Positions 19,305-31,168 of a stretch of DNA of 64,000 nucleotides are shown one piece after another. The number at the start of each line of letters is the position of its first letter. The stretch's first letter is position 1. The stretch spans positions 32,001 through 96,000 of the forward strand of contig CAWCKY010000003.1 of the NCBI GenBank assembly GCA_963796275.1. The letters are read 5' to 3'. Origin of the DNA: an uncultured Acidobacteriota bacterium. GTDB taxonomy: Bacteria > Acidobacteriota > Blastocatellia > RBC074. The translations under genes and the position numbers were made by a program. Below the pieces are notes generated by a model. The model did not search any database. It was given only the letters and a program-made list of their open reading frames with translations, and had not been told where the DNA came from.

Positions 19305-19648
19305 AGGCTTCCTCCCAAGGGGTCGATGAATCGGGTCAGAATTTCAGATATCTGCCGCCAATTATCTTCTTCAGCCACAAGCTGCTTCCGCCCGGCACGC
19401 GTAATCGAGTAATACTTCGCCCGCCGGTTGTTTTCCGACACGCCCCACTTGGATGATATCCACCCCATCTGCTCGAGGTGCAAAAGAGCGGGATACATCG
19501 TCCCTTGATTGAGCTGAAAGCGGTCGGCGCTGATCTGCTCAATGCGCCTGGCGATCCCATAGCCATGCAGCGGCCCGAGAGTCTCCAGGGTTTTGAGGAT
19601 CATTAGATTGAGAGTCCCGGGAAGCACCTGGCTCTTATTCTGTTCCAT
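19301..19648 (-). CDS. PadR-family transcriptional regulator (acidobacterial type)
   Basis: GTLNLMILKTL...HGYGIARRIEQ...GTMYPAL...W..SENNRRAKYYSIT. Confidence 0.95.
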   Translation of the reverse strand: MEQNKSQVLPGTLNLMILKTLETLGPLHGYGIARRIEQISADRFQLNQGTMYPALLHLEQMGWISSKWGVSENNRRAKYYSITRAGRKQLVAEEDNWRQISEILTRFIDPLGGSL

Positions 19649-19653
19649 TATTC

Positions 19654-19676
19654 CTCCTGTTGGTGAACAGCAGGAG
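19654..19676. promoter_or_regulatory. Palindromic putative PadR operator overlapping the padR RBS
   Basis: CTCCTGTTG-GTGAA-CAGCAGGAG inverted repeat. Confidence 0.6.
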
Positions 19677-20660
19677 AGTAAATCATATTCTGTCGGTAGT
19701 CAACACAAACGAGCGCGGTTCCCGTCGTAGCATGAAGGGAGTCAAAGTCCGGATTCAGACCGAAGTGAGCTCGTTCAGGAACGCTATATCGCCGGTCGTT
19801 GTGGAAATTGTTCTACGACATGGAGAGTTGGCTCAGTTAAATAGTATCCGGAGCCGCGGCTTGTAACCACCTGAAAATTGACACATTGGTGTTGGTGTTT
19901 GGTCTTATCTCGCAATGGTGGAATGAGTTGGGAAAGTGAACACATGGAGATTCCCGCAAAACCCTTTTAAGAGGGTGAGTCTTCGACCGTTCCCATGCTG
20001 AGGGGAGATCGTGCGCACGGTCTCCCTTCCGTGCTTCCATTACAGCCCAGTCAAGCCCTCTGTCGATCCACTCCCGATCACGCCTACTACTCATCTGCTC
20101 TTTTGGCTCGCGCTGAAACAACTAACCAATCTCAATCTCACCTCGTGGCGCAATGGAGTTGCAAACGTCAGAAACCGAAGGATCAGTTAATTTCAGTGTC
20201 GGGATATTGGATGCGCGTCTATCAACTATCATATTTACATTAATCACAGCGGTGAAAGTGGCGATTAATGCCTTAAAGACTTTTCAGCTCGTTTTTCCTG
20301 AGCGATTCGCGCTTGTCGGAATCGATGAGGAAATCAAGCAGTTAATGACTCAAGCCAATACCATTTTCAAAGCGTATGTGACAAGAATGGATTAAGCTGA
20401 CACGAGGTATCACTCGTTACAACGAATCACTCCATCTTCGCGACCCACAATCGGGAGGCTTACAAAGGAGTAATTCCTAAAGGGCGGCACGAAATCTGCG
20501 CGAGAGGCTCTGGGTTCACGAACATCATTCTTCTGCGTGTCGCTTTGTCGGGCGCTGGCGGCATTCGTGCCACTGCCAATGCAGACGTGTGAAAGCTGAG
20601 GCCGAGATAGAAGATAGGGCGGCGAGACAAAGGGCAAAATTTTGAGCGGACAGGATAGGA

Positions 20661-20821
20661 TTGTCTCGTTTGAATATCTTCCTGATGGATAAGGACTTCG
20701 AGGGAGACGAAATCAAAACGGCTCCTTATTTTGAGCAGAATCTGTCTTTTTTTGTCTCGTTTGTCTTTTTTATTTGTCTCACTTGAATATCTTATTGATG
20801 GATAAGAACTTCGAACAAGAC
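20661..20821. repeat. Two ~48-bp imperfect direct repeats in a cluster of GAGACAAA/TTTGTCTC motifs
   Basis: TTGTCTCGTTTGAATATCTTCCTGATGGATAAGGACTTCGAGGGAGAC (20661) and TTGTCTCACTTGAATATCTTATTGATGGATAAGAACTTCGAACAAGAC (20774). Confidence 0.85.
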
Positions 20822-20861
20822 AGAGGAAGAAATATCCAACCATTGCAGAAACTGAAAATAA

Positions 20862-22500
20862 TTAATTCTCTATTTTTCTCAGCTGACAGTTCTCAATCGT
20901 AATCCCCAGTTTTTCTGCGGCAGTTACGGCCTTGTCGCACTTAGCCGAGTTGAGCAAGAAACTCTGAAGGTTAGCAACGATTTGATCCTGAATTCGTCTT
21001 TGCACGTCCTTGTGGCTGCTCTGTTTCAAGATTTCAATCTCTTCTCTTGATATATGGAGTAGGGGGATTACCTGAAGGTCCGGACCACGCCAGCGAAACT
21101 TGACCGTGAATCGGTCTCTTTTCACACGCACATCCCACCAACCATTGGATGCATCCGGCATCACGCTTTTGAGCCATTGCGAGTGTTGTTCGTCAGGTAA
21201 TTGCTTGTCAGATTGGGAGGTTGTCGCCTGGTCTTCTGTTTGGTCACCACTGGATTGCTCATCCTCTTGCCGTTCGACTTGCTCACCCCTAAGTTGCTCA
21301 CCCCTGGTTTGCTCACCCCCGAGATGTTCTATTTGCTCACTCCCAGGCTGCTCACCCCCAGTATTCTCAAATCGCTCACCCCTGGATTGCTTACCCCCAA
21401 CTGTGACTTTGGATTGTTGCTCACCATTATGACCTTCTGTCTGCTCACCCCCGATGGGCAGGCGTTCTAAAGGAAGTTCCGCCTGTGGTTCCTGGGCCGA
21501 CGGTTTAACTTCACCGGCAACAGTGGGGCGTTGTTCACTCCAATGGCTCTCCAACTGCCCATCCCCATCCTGCTCACCCCCGGAAGCCTGCATGAGTTGT
21601 TCTATATGCGCTAGGCCCAATTGCTCACCTTCTGCGGCTCGATTGTTTTGCGCCGGAGAACCAGCTTGAAGTTGAAGGTGACCCTCAAGCCCTGATTCCG
21701 CGTTCACCGGCGCTGTCGTTTTCCCTCGATGTTTGTCATTATTTGGCGAGGAACTTTCTTTGTCCGCACACGATAGATACAAAGGCTGTGGATCAGAAGT
21801 GATCTCCTTGTTCTGGTGGGTGGAGACGTAAAGGATATTCCGATTGTCCCGGAGTAATACATACGCCAGCCTCATACCATCAAGCCACCCTCTTACCTTT
21901 GCGGCGAGCGACAAAAATGGGCTGTCTCCCGCGGCTGCTCTTCGGATAGAGATGAGATCCTGCTCAACGGAGTCCGCCTTCAACTCGCGAACCCGATTCT
22001 CCGCCACAGAGTCATAATCACGCACGGTTGAAACTCCGATGAGCCCGAGCGCAAAATGAATCACCAGTGCCCATGCATTCCAACGGGTGAGTATCTCAGG
22101 CAACCGAATGCCTGTCACCCAGGCACAGAAGACCATCGCGTTCAAAATAATTGTTAATTGAATTGTGCGATAGCAAAGTTTGGCAGCGAATCGTTGCTTC
22201 CTCGATTTATATACCGTGAGCAATCCATGTCCTGAGGGTGAAGTAGAACCGCTCGACGAACCCCATAATAAGGAGGGCCAGCACGGACGCGCCAAACCAC
22301 CCGAGCCGGTCCCGGTGGGCAAAGGCATTAACATACCCGCTGGCGACCGCACTTAATGTGATTACACAAAGTTGGATCTGTCCCAGACTCTTCTCATTCC
22401 GCTGGTAATCGTCGCCGCCCGCGATCCGATCATAGATGTTAGCGATTCGTGCCCGGATCCCTGACGATCCGTCAGGCTGATTGAGGTTAAGCCTTAGCAT
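20862..22500 (-). CDS. Membrane protein (about 4 TM) with GEQ-repeat region; one frameshift near 22230
   Basis: ORFs 22207-22620 (from M at 22500) and 20862-22352 join as ...FVERFYFTL/HGLLTVYKS... Confidence 0.7.
21279..21630. repeat. About 11 dispersed copies of TGCTCACCCC (encoding G-E-Q)
   Basis: Copies near 21280, 21295, 21310, 21334, 21349, 21373, 21388, 21418, 21442, 21571, 21622. Confidence 0.85.
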
Positions 22501-23011
22501 CTTTTTTCCCTTTCCGGATGGTTTCTCGCACTCTATCCAACAGTGCGGTAGCCTGCGCTTCCCATTCCCGCTGCAACGCCTGATACTTCGACTGAATCGT
22601 TTCCGGCGTCTGCTTGCCATTATTCGTACTGGATGTCTTGTGGTTCAAAAGCAGGTCCCTCGCGCCGTAGGCAGCCATGAAGATTTCAATCAGATAGCCA
22701 TGGTCCCGTCGCTTAACGTAGTCGAATTTATCGATAAATTCGTCGGCCTTCGCAGTGAGTTCATCGATGGCTTGTCGTAGGCCGTCGATCTTCGCCTCAA
22801 TAGTTCCTTCCTTTTCTGGTTGAGTAATGTCGCTTGCTCCCGTAGCAGCGCGGCGCATCTGCAACCATTCATCGAACGCATCACGCAACAGATCAGCCGG
22901 TTTACAGGGTTTTTCACCGCACAGTCTCATGAACTCTTCGTAGTTGTCCGCATACAACCGGGTCGATACTGAGTGCGGTGTGAGCAGGCGATGATGAGGA
23001 CTGTTCTTCAT
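22487..23011 (-). CDS. Hypothetical protein with ribbon-helix-helix-like N-terminus (possible relaxosome accessory)
   Basis: SVSTRLYADNYEEFMRLC...PADLLRDAFDEWL strand-helix-helix pattern; immediately downstream of the relaxase. Confidence 0.55.
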   Translation of the reverse strand: MKNSPHHRLLTPHSVSTRLYADNYEEFMRLCGEKPCKPADLLRDAFDEWLQMRRAATGASDITQPEKEGTIEAKIDGLRQAIDELTAKADEFIDKFDYVKRRDHGYLIEIFMAAYGARDLLLNHKTSSTNNGKQTPETIQSKYQALQREWEAQATALLDRVRETIRKGKKDAKA

Positions 23012-23057
23012 AGTGACTTCCGTTCTTCTCCTTAAAAATGAGCCGTTCAAATCCGGC

Positions 23058-26000
23058 TTATCGCGCACGCCCCATGTTGAGCGATTGTGATTCACGCGCG
23101 TACGCCGCTTCTTCCCTGCGATGATTCGCGTGATCGTGTGCAGCCTGGCGATCCGGAGTTGCGTCGCGATCCGAGTTGATGAAGGCTATACATTGATCAC
23201 GCTCCCTCTCGGTCAGCCGATTAATATATCTATCGATTAACGCTTGCTCCTTCGACGAGAACTCCGGAGCGGGGAGCGGCTCCTGCCTGCCGTTTCTCCT
23301 TTCAGCGGCGACCGTTCCAGTAATTTCACGCGCTGCTTCGTAGTAGTCCTGATGCTTCTTGCCGTCACCTTGGAGGCGCTGTTCCTGGCGCTCCAATGCC
23401 TGCCCGACTGCTTCGTTGAGCCTAATGTCTGCAGGCGTCTCGATGCGATCGCGAATTATCTTTTCGATGAACGACTGCGGTTGTGTATCCAGAAACCTGT
23501 AAGTGAGCAGCCGCCCGTCAATCTCGACCTGGAGAGGTTGGACCTGCCGCGTCGCTTGAAAGTCTGCCTGGCTCTTGGCGCTCTCATGAAGGAAGACCTT
23601 CGCCGTCACCTCACGGCCACGGGCTCGCGCCAGCCGTTCATCCAGCGAGATGCGCTCCTTCGGATCGGCATAGCTATTGAATCGCCGTTCGAACGTATTG
23701 AATTGCTTGAGCAGGGCGGCGCTTCGCAGCGTGGCGGCATTGTCTTCCATTGTTTTCAATTCCTTGAGAGTAAACTGCGGCTCCGGCATCGCTTGTCCAG
23801 TTTGCGACCGGTGCTCAGATTCGCGCTCGCGGGCCTGGGAGAGGATCTCAACCAGTTTCTTCGTTTCTTCTACTTTGCCGGAAAGTTCATCCCGTTGTGT
23901 GGAGATCATTCCAACAACCGCCTCTCTGACTACCATCCATCGCTCGGCCTCGATGGCAGCCTCCTTGCGGCCAAAGATGTGGATTTCGCCATCATTGCCG
24001 AAGACGGTCGTCCTACCGAGTGCAGCCTCGATCTTGCGGTCCACGTCGGCAAGTGACATCTTTTCGTCGCTGATCTCACCCTGTCGCAAATGTTGCGGGA
24101 TCTCCCATTTCCGCAAGTGGCGCGTCTGGCCATACTTCTCCAGGCGATCTTCTCTGACTCGAAGGTCGGTTCTCGCGACAAACAACTGCGCCCGGAGACG
24201 GGCAGCCTCCACATCGGTGCGGGCAGGACGGTTGAACTCCTGGGACTGCGCGAGGCGTATCTTTTCAAGCGCCTCGGTCTGTCCGACCAATCCTCGGTTG
24301 ATGACCTCTTCCTGCACTTCGCTCAGGATCTGTCGATCGATAAATGGGGTAGGGGACGGCTCTCCGCATTTCAGGTACTTGCCGGTGACTGCCTGTGCGT
24401 CACCTCGAGCTGCCTCATAAGCATCCGTGGCTTTACCTGCTTCCTCTTCGCGTTTATCGATCAGGCTCATCTGGATACTGCGGTGTTCGGCCAAACTCTC
24501 TAAATGGTGGTCGAGGTCCGTCGATGTGACTGTCTGCTTGATCTGATGGCGGTCCTCCGCACGTTGGGCTAGGCTTTCATTGGCTGCCCTTACACCTCGA
24601 GCACCCGCCCGTTGCTCAATGTCGTGCGCAGACAGCTTGCGGGTCCCTTTAGTGCTTTCATCATGAATCCGAAAGCGGAATGTATGCCCGAAATCCCGGG
24701 CCAACTCATGATCGAACCTGGCGGACTCATATCGCGCTTCCGCGACGACTACCTCTCCAAGGGTCATTCTGTCGCGCATGATCTCTTCAGCGCGGGCCTT
24801 CTCGATCTCCGCCCGCAGGCCGTCGATCGTCTCAAAGCCGCGGTACAGCTCCTCACGGGTCTTCTGGGCATAGTCGTTGAGCTGCCGGTATTTTTCCCTG
24901 ACATGCGGTTCAAGTTTGTCCAATGCCTTTTGGGGGACTCGACCGTCTTTGTATCCGTCGATATTTTTCGAGCTGAACTCTTCTAACACCCGGGTTGCCA
25001 GTGCGGCGCGAGGCTGCACCTCCTCCTGGAGCTTGGCGATGGTCTCACTGAGTCTCACCGCCGTCTCGCTGGGCTGAGGATCGAGAACTTCCTGCGGGAA
25101 CGAGCTGCCCCCAGGCGAGATTGCGCGCCCGCAGGCGCAAGTCGGCCTGTTCCTCACGCGAGAGGTTCTGGCCGTCTCCACGCCGAGAGAGGGCTTCATC
25201 GGTCAATCGCCGGTCGATCTCGCCCAGGGCAGCTATGTATTCCTGGTATGACTTGCTCCCATGAGGGACTGCGCCAAAAGACACGGCCGCCCGCCTGAGC
25301 GCGAGTTTTCGAGTCGAGGTGGGCAGGACGCACCTTGCTCGGAAGCTCTCGCTTCGCCTTCTCGGCCAGAAGATAGATATCGTCTTTCTCATGACTCAGG
25401 AGTCGCTGGTGCATCGAATAAAGAGGGAGCCTGCTCGGGTTGGCCATCTCTTCCGGCGGATTGAGCAGGGCTGCCTGAAATTGGCGTACCGATTCAACAT
25501 CACGGCGGCGGTCCAGGTCTCCACGGATCGCTTTGTATGCTGGTGATTGAGGGAGCTTTCCCTCGCGTAATGCCTGCCGGCGGCTCTTCTCTCGGCAAAC
25601 CCCAGGTCTGCCGCAGTTCGATCATCTCAGGTGTGTAATGCGCTGGGGGACGGGCGTTAAAGAGCAATTCACGCTGCCATTCACTGACTGGCTTGCCCTG
25701 CTGCTCAATCCTGCTCATGAAAGCGTGGGCCACGCGGTTGAGTTCTTCGGGAGTGCGCGCCCCATCGAGCGCCTTGCGAGTGTCACGGAATATCTCCTTA
25801 TCATGGGTGAGGCGAGTTTCGTGGTCTCCCATTCGCTCACGGACGTAACTTTTGAGAAACACGGCGACCTTTACTCGATGATCGTATTCCTGCTCCGTCA
25901 GCCCGTTGATCAGCGGAGCGCCTTCCCGGCTGGTTCGGGTATGAAGCTGGAGCCTGGCTCCGCTTGCCATCTTATCGATCTGGTCATAAACGCGGATATT

Positions 26001-28499
26001 GCTTACCGGCAGTCGAGGGGCCTTTGGGTTGTTCGAGATGCTCACATAGAGTCTGCCATCAGTAATGGGGACATCAGGCAGCGAATGCCGGTCTCCACCC
26101 GGCCCGGAGACGTGCGGCTCCAGTCCCTCGATCAACCTCTCGACTCTCGCCTGGCGTCTCGCCAGGTAACCTCGGTCCCCCTGGATATCACGACCCTCGG
26201 CGGCGGCGAGCCTGGCTCGCAGTGCACGATTGTTCTCCAGTTCGCGCCCTTCGTTAACGGCGAGCGCCAGCATCGTGCTTCGTGCTTCGGCGATCTCACG
26301 CTGATCGGCCGGACGGACCAGCGATTCTTCCCGATCGAAGCCTGCCGCCTTCGATACACGGTTGAGCAGTTCGGATCTATCGGGGCGAACCAGTCGATTG
26401 ATATCCGAGACGATTCCGGGCGCCGGACGCTGGCCGGTCTTGTCGATGACATCATGGAGTGGGTCTCCTCGATCGATCCTGCGGTCGATTTCAGGGATCT
26501 GACGTTCGATCAGCCATTCCAGCGTTACTTCCCTCAGCCCTTCGGGAAAGCGCAGGCGTTCGGCCGTGAGGTTGACCTTGCGCGAGGTGGTATTGAACTG
26601 CCAGGCCGCGGCGTCCGCTTCGCGCTCATCGTAGGCGTCCCCGATCGCGAATTCTTCCTCAAGTACGTCCAACTCCTGCGCGTCATCAACAATGTCGTAA
26701 TCCGCAGTCGTTTCATCGAGTGAATGTTCCTCTTCTTCTTCCAGACCGCTTTCGGGTCCCGCTGCCTTATCGGATGAAACGACGCCGTGGCCCGCCACTT
26801 CGTCGAAACCGACGACGCTATGAACGATTTCGGTATGTTCCAGGGGCTCCGGGATATCTTTCCCCTCGGCCGTCTTCTGCATCTCCTCCAACGTCCGGTC
26901 GATAGCCTCAAGCCTACCCGCCTCATTACCGTGAGCCAGCTTGTGCCCCTTATCGTCCCTATCCAGTTTCCAGTAGTAGAGAGCGAAGACAGCCGTCTCT
27001 CTTTGCTGATCGGTATCCGGTCCGGCGATCTTCTGGGCCAGTGAGTAGAACTCTGCGGCCCGCTCATAATCTTGAATATACCTGTAGACGTGAGACGGCT
27101 CTGTCATCGACGGGATGAGATCGATGCTTACTCTCGTTTCGCGCTGCGCCATTTCCATGGCCATCGACCGCATCTCCGCCAGCACCCGATCGAGCGATTC
27201 GGCCCATTGCTGCTCATAATTTTCGCTGCGGCGATCAAGCGGACGCCCTTCCGCATCGCGCTCGAGCTGGTCGTGGAAGTACTGGAATATCTCGATTTCG
27301 GTCTTGGTATCGGCGGTCTCTCCGGCTATGGTGCGGGCCAGGGAATGAAACTCGGCGGCGAGCTTACGGTCCTCGATCTTGTCATGAGCGTGCGAGATCT
27401 GAATGACACGCAAGTGGTCGCGCTCGCCCGGAACCTGATGCTCCTCGGCGGGAATAATAAGCGTGTCACCTATGATCTTCGCGCCATCCTCGTAGAGGGC
27501 GCGCAAGGTTGGACTGTGTCTTCCCAACTCCCGGGACTGCTCGGCCTGGGTGCGATACTCGCTATCATCGAGACTCCGATCGCGGAGGGCGGTGCGAATA
27601 TCATCCCTTGGATTGAACCGCGCGTCCGGCTCGGGCTTCGGCCCACGCTCGATGAGCTCCATCGTCAAATCGCGCCCCCCACGCGAGCGGGCGCGAGAGG
27701 CGGTCTCAATCATGCGGTCGATCCAGAGCGAATCATTCTGTTTGGCCAACTCCTTTCTGGCCAATTCCCCACCCATCGCTATATCTTTTCGCAGTTGCCG
27801 GCTGCGAATTGCTTCCGGGCTTAGCGGCTTTTGTTCAAGCTTCAGTTTCTCTTGTATCTCCGGTGGAATCATGGCCGCCTCTTCTCTGGCGCGATCCGCT
27901 GTTCGCGCCCGCGTTTGCGCCCGGTCCAGTGCTGCGTTGAAATGTTCTCCGATCTCTCCGGCGACCGGCCGAATGACGCCGTCCGGGCCCCGCTCGCTGT
28001 GCGGCAGCATACGCTTAGGAAAGTTGCCGAGATTGCGGAAGTTGCCGCGTTTACGGCGACCGGTCTCGCGATCCGGGATCTTCTTGTGGATGGCTATGTG
28101 CAGGTGCGGGTTACCGGTATTGAGATGTATACCGGCGACCCATCGCCAGTCTGCTACCCCGAGACCGGCTCGCGTCTGCTCCATCGCCTCGCGGGCAACC
28201 TCTCGAAGCGCCTCTTTACGTTCCGTGTCATTTGCGCCGAGGGCTTCGAAGTTTTCCTCGCGAAAGCTGACCACGACGTGAAACAGGTCTTGCTTGCGGA
28301 GAGTTTTGCTCCCCTTGCTCAGGTATCGATTGGCCTCACGGTAGGTCCGGTCTTCCCCGCTCAGGTCGTCGCCCTTCTCCGAAAACAATTGACGTCGGTT
28401 GCCTTCACGCTCGCGAATGATCCCTTCTTCCGCGATGTAGCGCGTGAGGCGGGAGGCACCCTTTCCGACCATTGACTTGACCGAGACGACAACACGCAT
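23058..28499 (-). CDS. Large conjugative relaxase (MOBP/MobL-like, about 1800 aa), split by several frameshifts at ~25100-25600
   Basis: N-terminal catalytic Tyr (LTRYIA), FHVVVSF, HUH motif WVAGIHLNTGNPHLHIAIH; the frames join across small ORFs 25045-25447 into 23058-25199. Confidence 0.85.
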
Positions 28500-28510
28500 G
28501 ATCGATAGGG

Positions 28511-29035
28511 TTACTTTCTGGCCAGCTTGATCTGCGGTTGCTCGGTCATCCCCAACAGGCTCATCTCACCGTACTGTGGCACGCCTCGCAGCTTGCCGAT
28601 CTCGTCGAGAGAGAGCGGCGCGCCCTTCCAGCGCCGCATGCTGTCCGGGGAGAGCAACAGGAAGTGGGTTGATCCTTCATCGCGGCGTGGGCCTGTCGGG
28701 ATGATCCAGATCGTGCAGGTGGTTCCATCCACGGGATAGTAAATGTAGTAATAATTGGCTACGGAAAGACTGCGCCCATCGGCCCCGAAATCGGGACGGG
28801 TTTTGTGTTTCCACACTCTCGCTTCAAGCTCATGGAAGTCGGCGGGGAACCGCCCCGTTTGTCTGTGGTGCGTCCTGAGGGCTTTGACCATACTATCGAC
28901 GGCCAGGCGCGGCGCCTGTTCGCGCCATCGGCGAGATTCCATGGCAGCGTCCACCGCGTAGCTCACTACGATCGCCACGGCCGTCGCACCGAGCAGTGCG
29001 AATGAAACTCGTATCCGTCCCTTCGTGGTATTCAT
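28511..29035 (-). CDS. Single-TM pseudopilin-like protein
   Basis: N-terminal hydrophobic helix, then MVKALRTHHRQTGRFPADFHEL, reminiscent of GspG/type IV pilin globular starts. Confidence 0.55.
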   Translation of the reverse strand: MNTTKGRIRVSFALLGATAVAIVVSYAVDAAMESRRWREQAPRLAVDSMVKALRTHHRQTGRFPADFHELEARVWKHKTRPDFGADGRSLSVANYYYIYYPVDGTTCTIWIIPTGPRRDEGSTHFLLLSPDSMRRWKGAPLSLDEIGKLRGVPQYGEMSLLGMTEQPQIKLARK

Positions 29036-29040
29036 CGCCT

Positions 29041-31026
29041 CTACTCCTCGTTAATCTGGTTCAGAACTGCTTTCCCGCCGCGTGGATATGAGGAGCTATT
29101 TGATGGCCGCTTCTCGGCCATCGAAAATAGCACGGCGTCTTCTGGGAAGAGTCGCACATCGCCCTCATCCGGACTCTGATCCAGATCGCCGTCAGACAGA
29201 GTGTCATCCGTATTGTGATTGCTCCCGGAAGTCGTCAGGTGAGTGGTCTCGCTCTCTCCCCCTTTGCCAGGCGCCGTTTCTGCCGACTCCGTCTCTCGTG
29301 CTGTCTCTGCTGCCTTTTCGGCCTCCGCCAGCGTTATCGGTATTGCCAGCTCGCGCGGCAGCACACGAGCGATCCGACCTCCCTTGGCGCACTCTGGAAA
29401 ACTGAATTTAACAGGCGGGGCCGATCCGATAATGGCGATCGCTTGGGTGTATTCAGCCATCTGCCGCAGTTCTGCGGGATCGATAAGGTCACGTCCGGTC
29501 TCGGCCAGCCGCTCGTTGTCATACGTGGACCCGGGCGCGTCGACATTTGTATGCTGCAGAACAGTGGTGCGCCCGATTCTCTTGACCGCATATTGAGCCG
29601 TTTCAGAATCCAATCCTGGGAGGAATATCTGCGTGCCGATTGAGCCTAAGATAGCCTGCGTGCCGTCCCTGCCGTGCTGCTTAAACAATTGCCCGACGTT
29701 CTGATAGCCCAACACCAGCGCGAAACGCCGGCCGCGCCCGACACCCAGGATCTCGCTGAGGTTGTGCAGAGGGATATTGCCCGCTTCATCAAGTGCGAGC
29801 AGGACGGGAGCGCCGGATTCCTCATGACTGGTTTTCCGCGCGACGCTGGCCACCAGCCCGAAGAGAATGGATAGGATGATCTTATATCGTGTTGCGTCGC
29901 CTTCAGGAATCACGACATAGATGGCCGTGCCGGGCTTGCGCAAATCATATAAATCGATCTCGCGCAGCCCGCGAGCCCGCTCTTCACCACTGACGGATTG
30001 CAGAACGGCCAAGGCATGGGGTGATCTGAAGGGATCGAGTTTCACTCCCAATCCGGTGAAGACTCCTCCCTGTGTCTTTTCCTTGTCGGCTTTTTTGAAA
30101 AGCCCCCAGTGGATTCTGGCCTCCCTATCAGGCGAGCGGGAGAGCTCATCGTCCGTTTCCTTCAAATCGCGATCGGCGATGAATTCGGCGATCTGTGCCG
30201 GCGTCGCGCTCTCAGCGATCTGCGGAAGGTGCAGCAGCAGCGCGGTCGCAAGTGCAGTCTCGGCTTGCTGCCAGAAGGGATCATAGTTGACGTGCTTGTT
30301 GGGGTCATAACCGACGATGATCGAGGCCACCTCGTGAGCCAACTCCGCGTCGCCCTTGCAGGCAGGTACGAAGTTCCACCTGTCGGAGTATTTCGGATCG
30401 GCCAGGTCGAGCCGGTAGACGTACCTGAAATGCTGTGCGGTGTATGCGAACAGCTCGCCCTTGGGGTCGAGGAAGATTGCCGAACCGTGTTGCGCCCAAT
30501 CTCGCGCGATCGACATAAAGAAGCTCGCCGATTTGCCGGCGCCAGGCGGGCCAAAGATCGCCGCATGGCGGAGGACCTGGTTGAGCGGCAATGCCAGATC
30601 GTGCCTGCGTGTGAGCCGGCCGATCCTCAGTGCGCCGGATGGTAATAAGCCACGCTTATCGTAAGCCAGTTTCAAGTCTTTGAGTGTTTTGACATCGGCC
30701 CAGCGTGCCGACCCGTGTGTGAGTCTTTGCGTGAGGCGGTAGTACGGAAGAGCGAGCGACATCGCTTCGGCCGCGCTGATCAGCAGGGCGACCGGCATAG
30801 CGATCAGCATGTAGTCGTGAATCTCGACGCCCACTCGCAGCAGGACATTGGCGAGATGCCACAGAAGACAGGCGGTGGTTATCCCGCAGGCGACGAGCAG
30901 CAGCCCCTGGCTGATATCGCGCATCAGGCGGGCGGCTGCCTGAAATGAATCGAGATGAAGTGCATCAGCCGGACGGGGGATGCGATAACGGGCGTCTATT
31001 CTTTTAAGAGACTGATCGAGCGACAT
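29041..31026 (-). CDS. virD4: Type IV coupling protein (VirD4/TraG family)
   Basis: Two N-terminal TMs, HGSARWA, Walker A GPPGAGKS, DPKGEL, DPFW, Walker B LDEAGN. Confidence 0.93.
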   Translation of the reverse strand: MSLDQSLKRIDARYRIPRPADALHLDSFQAAARLMRDISQGLLLVACGITTACLLWHLANVLLRVGVEIHDYMLIAMPVALLISAAEAMSLALPYYRLTQRLTHGSARWADVKTLKDLKLAYDKRGLLPSGALRIGRLTRRHDLALPLNQVLRHAAIFGPPGAGKSASFFMSIARDWAQHGSAIFLDPKGELFAYTAQHFRYVYRLDLADPKYSDRWNFVPACKGDAELAHEVASIIVGYDPNKHVNYDPFWQQAETALATALLLHLPQIAESATPAQIAEFIADRDLKETDDELSRSPDREARIHWGLFKKADKEKTQGGVFTGLGVKLDPFRSPHALAVLQSVSGEERARGLREIDLYDLRKPGTAIYVVIPEGDATRYKIILSILFGLVASVARKTSHEESGAPVLLALDEAGNIPLHNLSEILGVGRGRRFALVLGYQNVGQLFKQHGRDGTQAILGSIGTQIFLPGLDSETAQYAVKRIGRTTVLQHTNVDAPGSTYDNERLAETGRDLIDPAELRQMAEYTQAIAIIGSAPPVKFSFPECAKGGRIARVLPRELAIPITLAEAEKAAETARETESAETAPGKGGESETTHLTTSGSNHNTDDTLSDGDLDQSPDEGDVRLFPEDAVLFSMAEKRPSNSSSYPRGGKAVLNQINEE

Positions 31027-31168
31027 CTTGCGTTCTCTGTTATTCCTCGAAGCGGACCGGTGAGAATCTGTTGAGAAGTTCTTGCTGAAGCGGCGACGGT
31101 TGCCTGCGTGCTACCTGTTTCACCATAAGTGTTTGCTTCAATTCTTCCGATTCAGTGACCGTCCAGCA

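Noticed and set aside
19700-20395. Small ORFs including 20153-20395
   Set aside because: Probably gene debris; no RBS or family motif I can support
20661-21630. Repeats as a CRISPR array
   Set aside because: Only two long copies; the short repeats are 10 bp, in-frame and irregularly spaced; no cas genes
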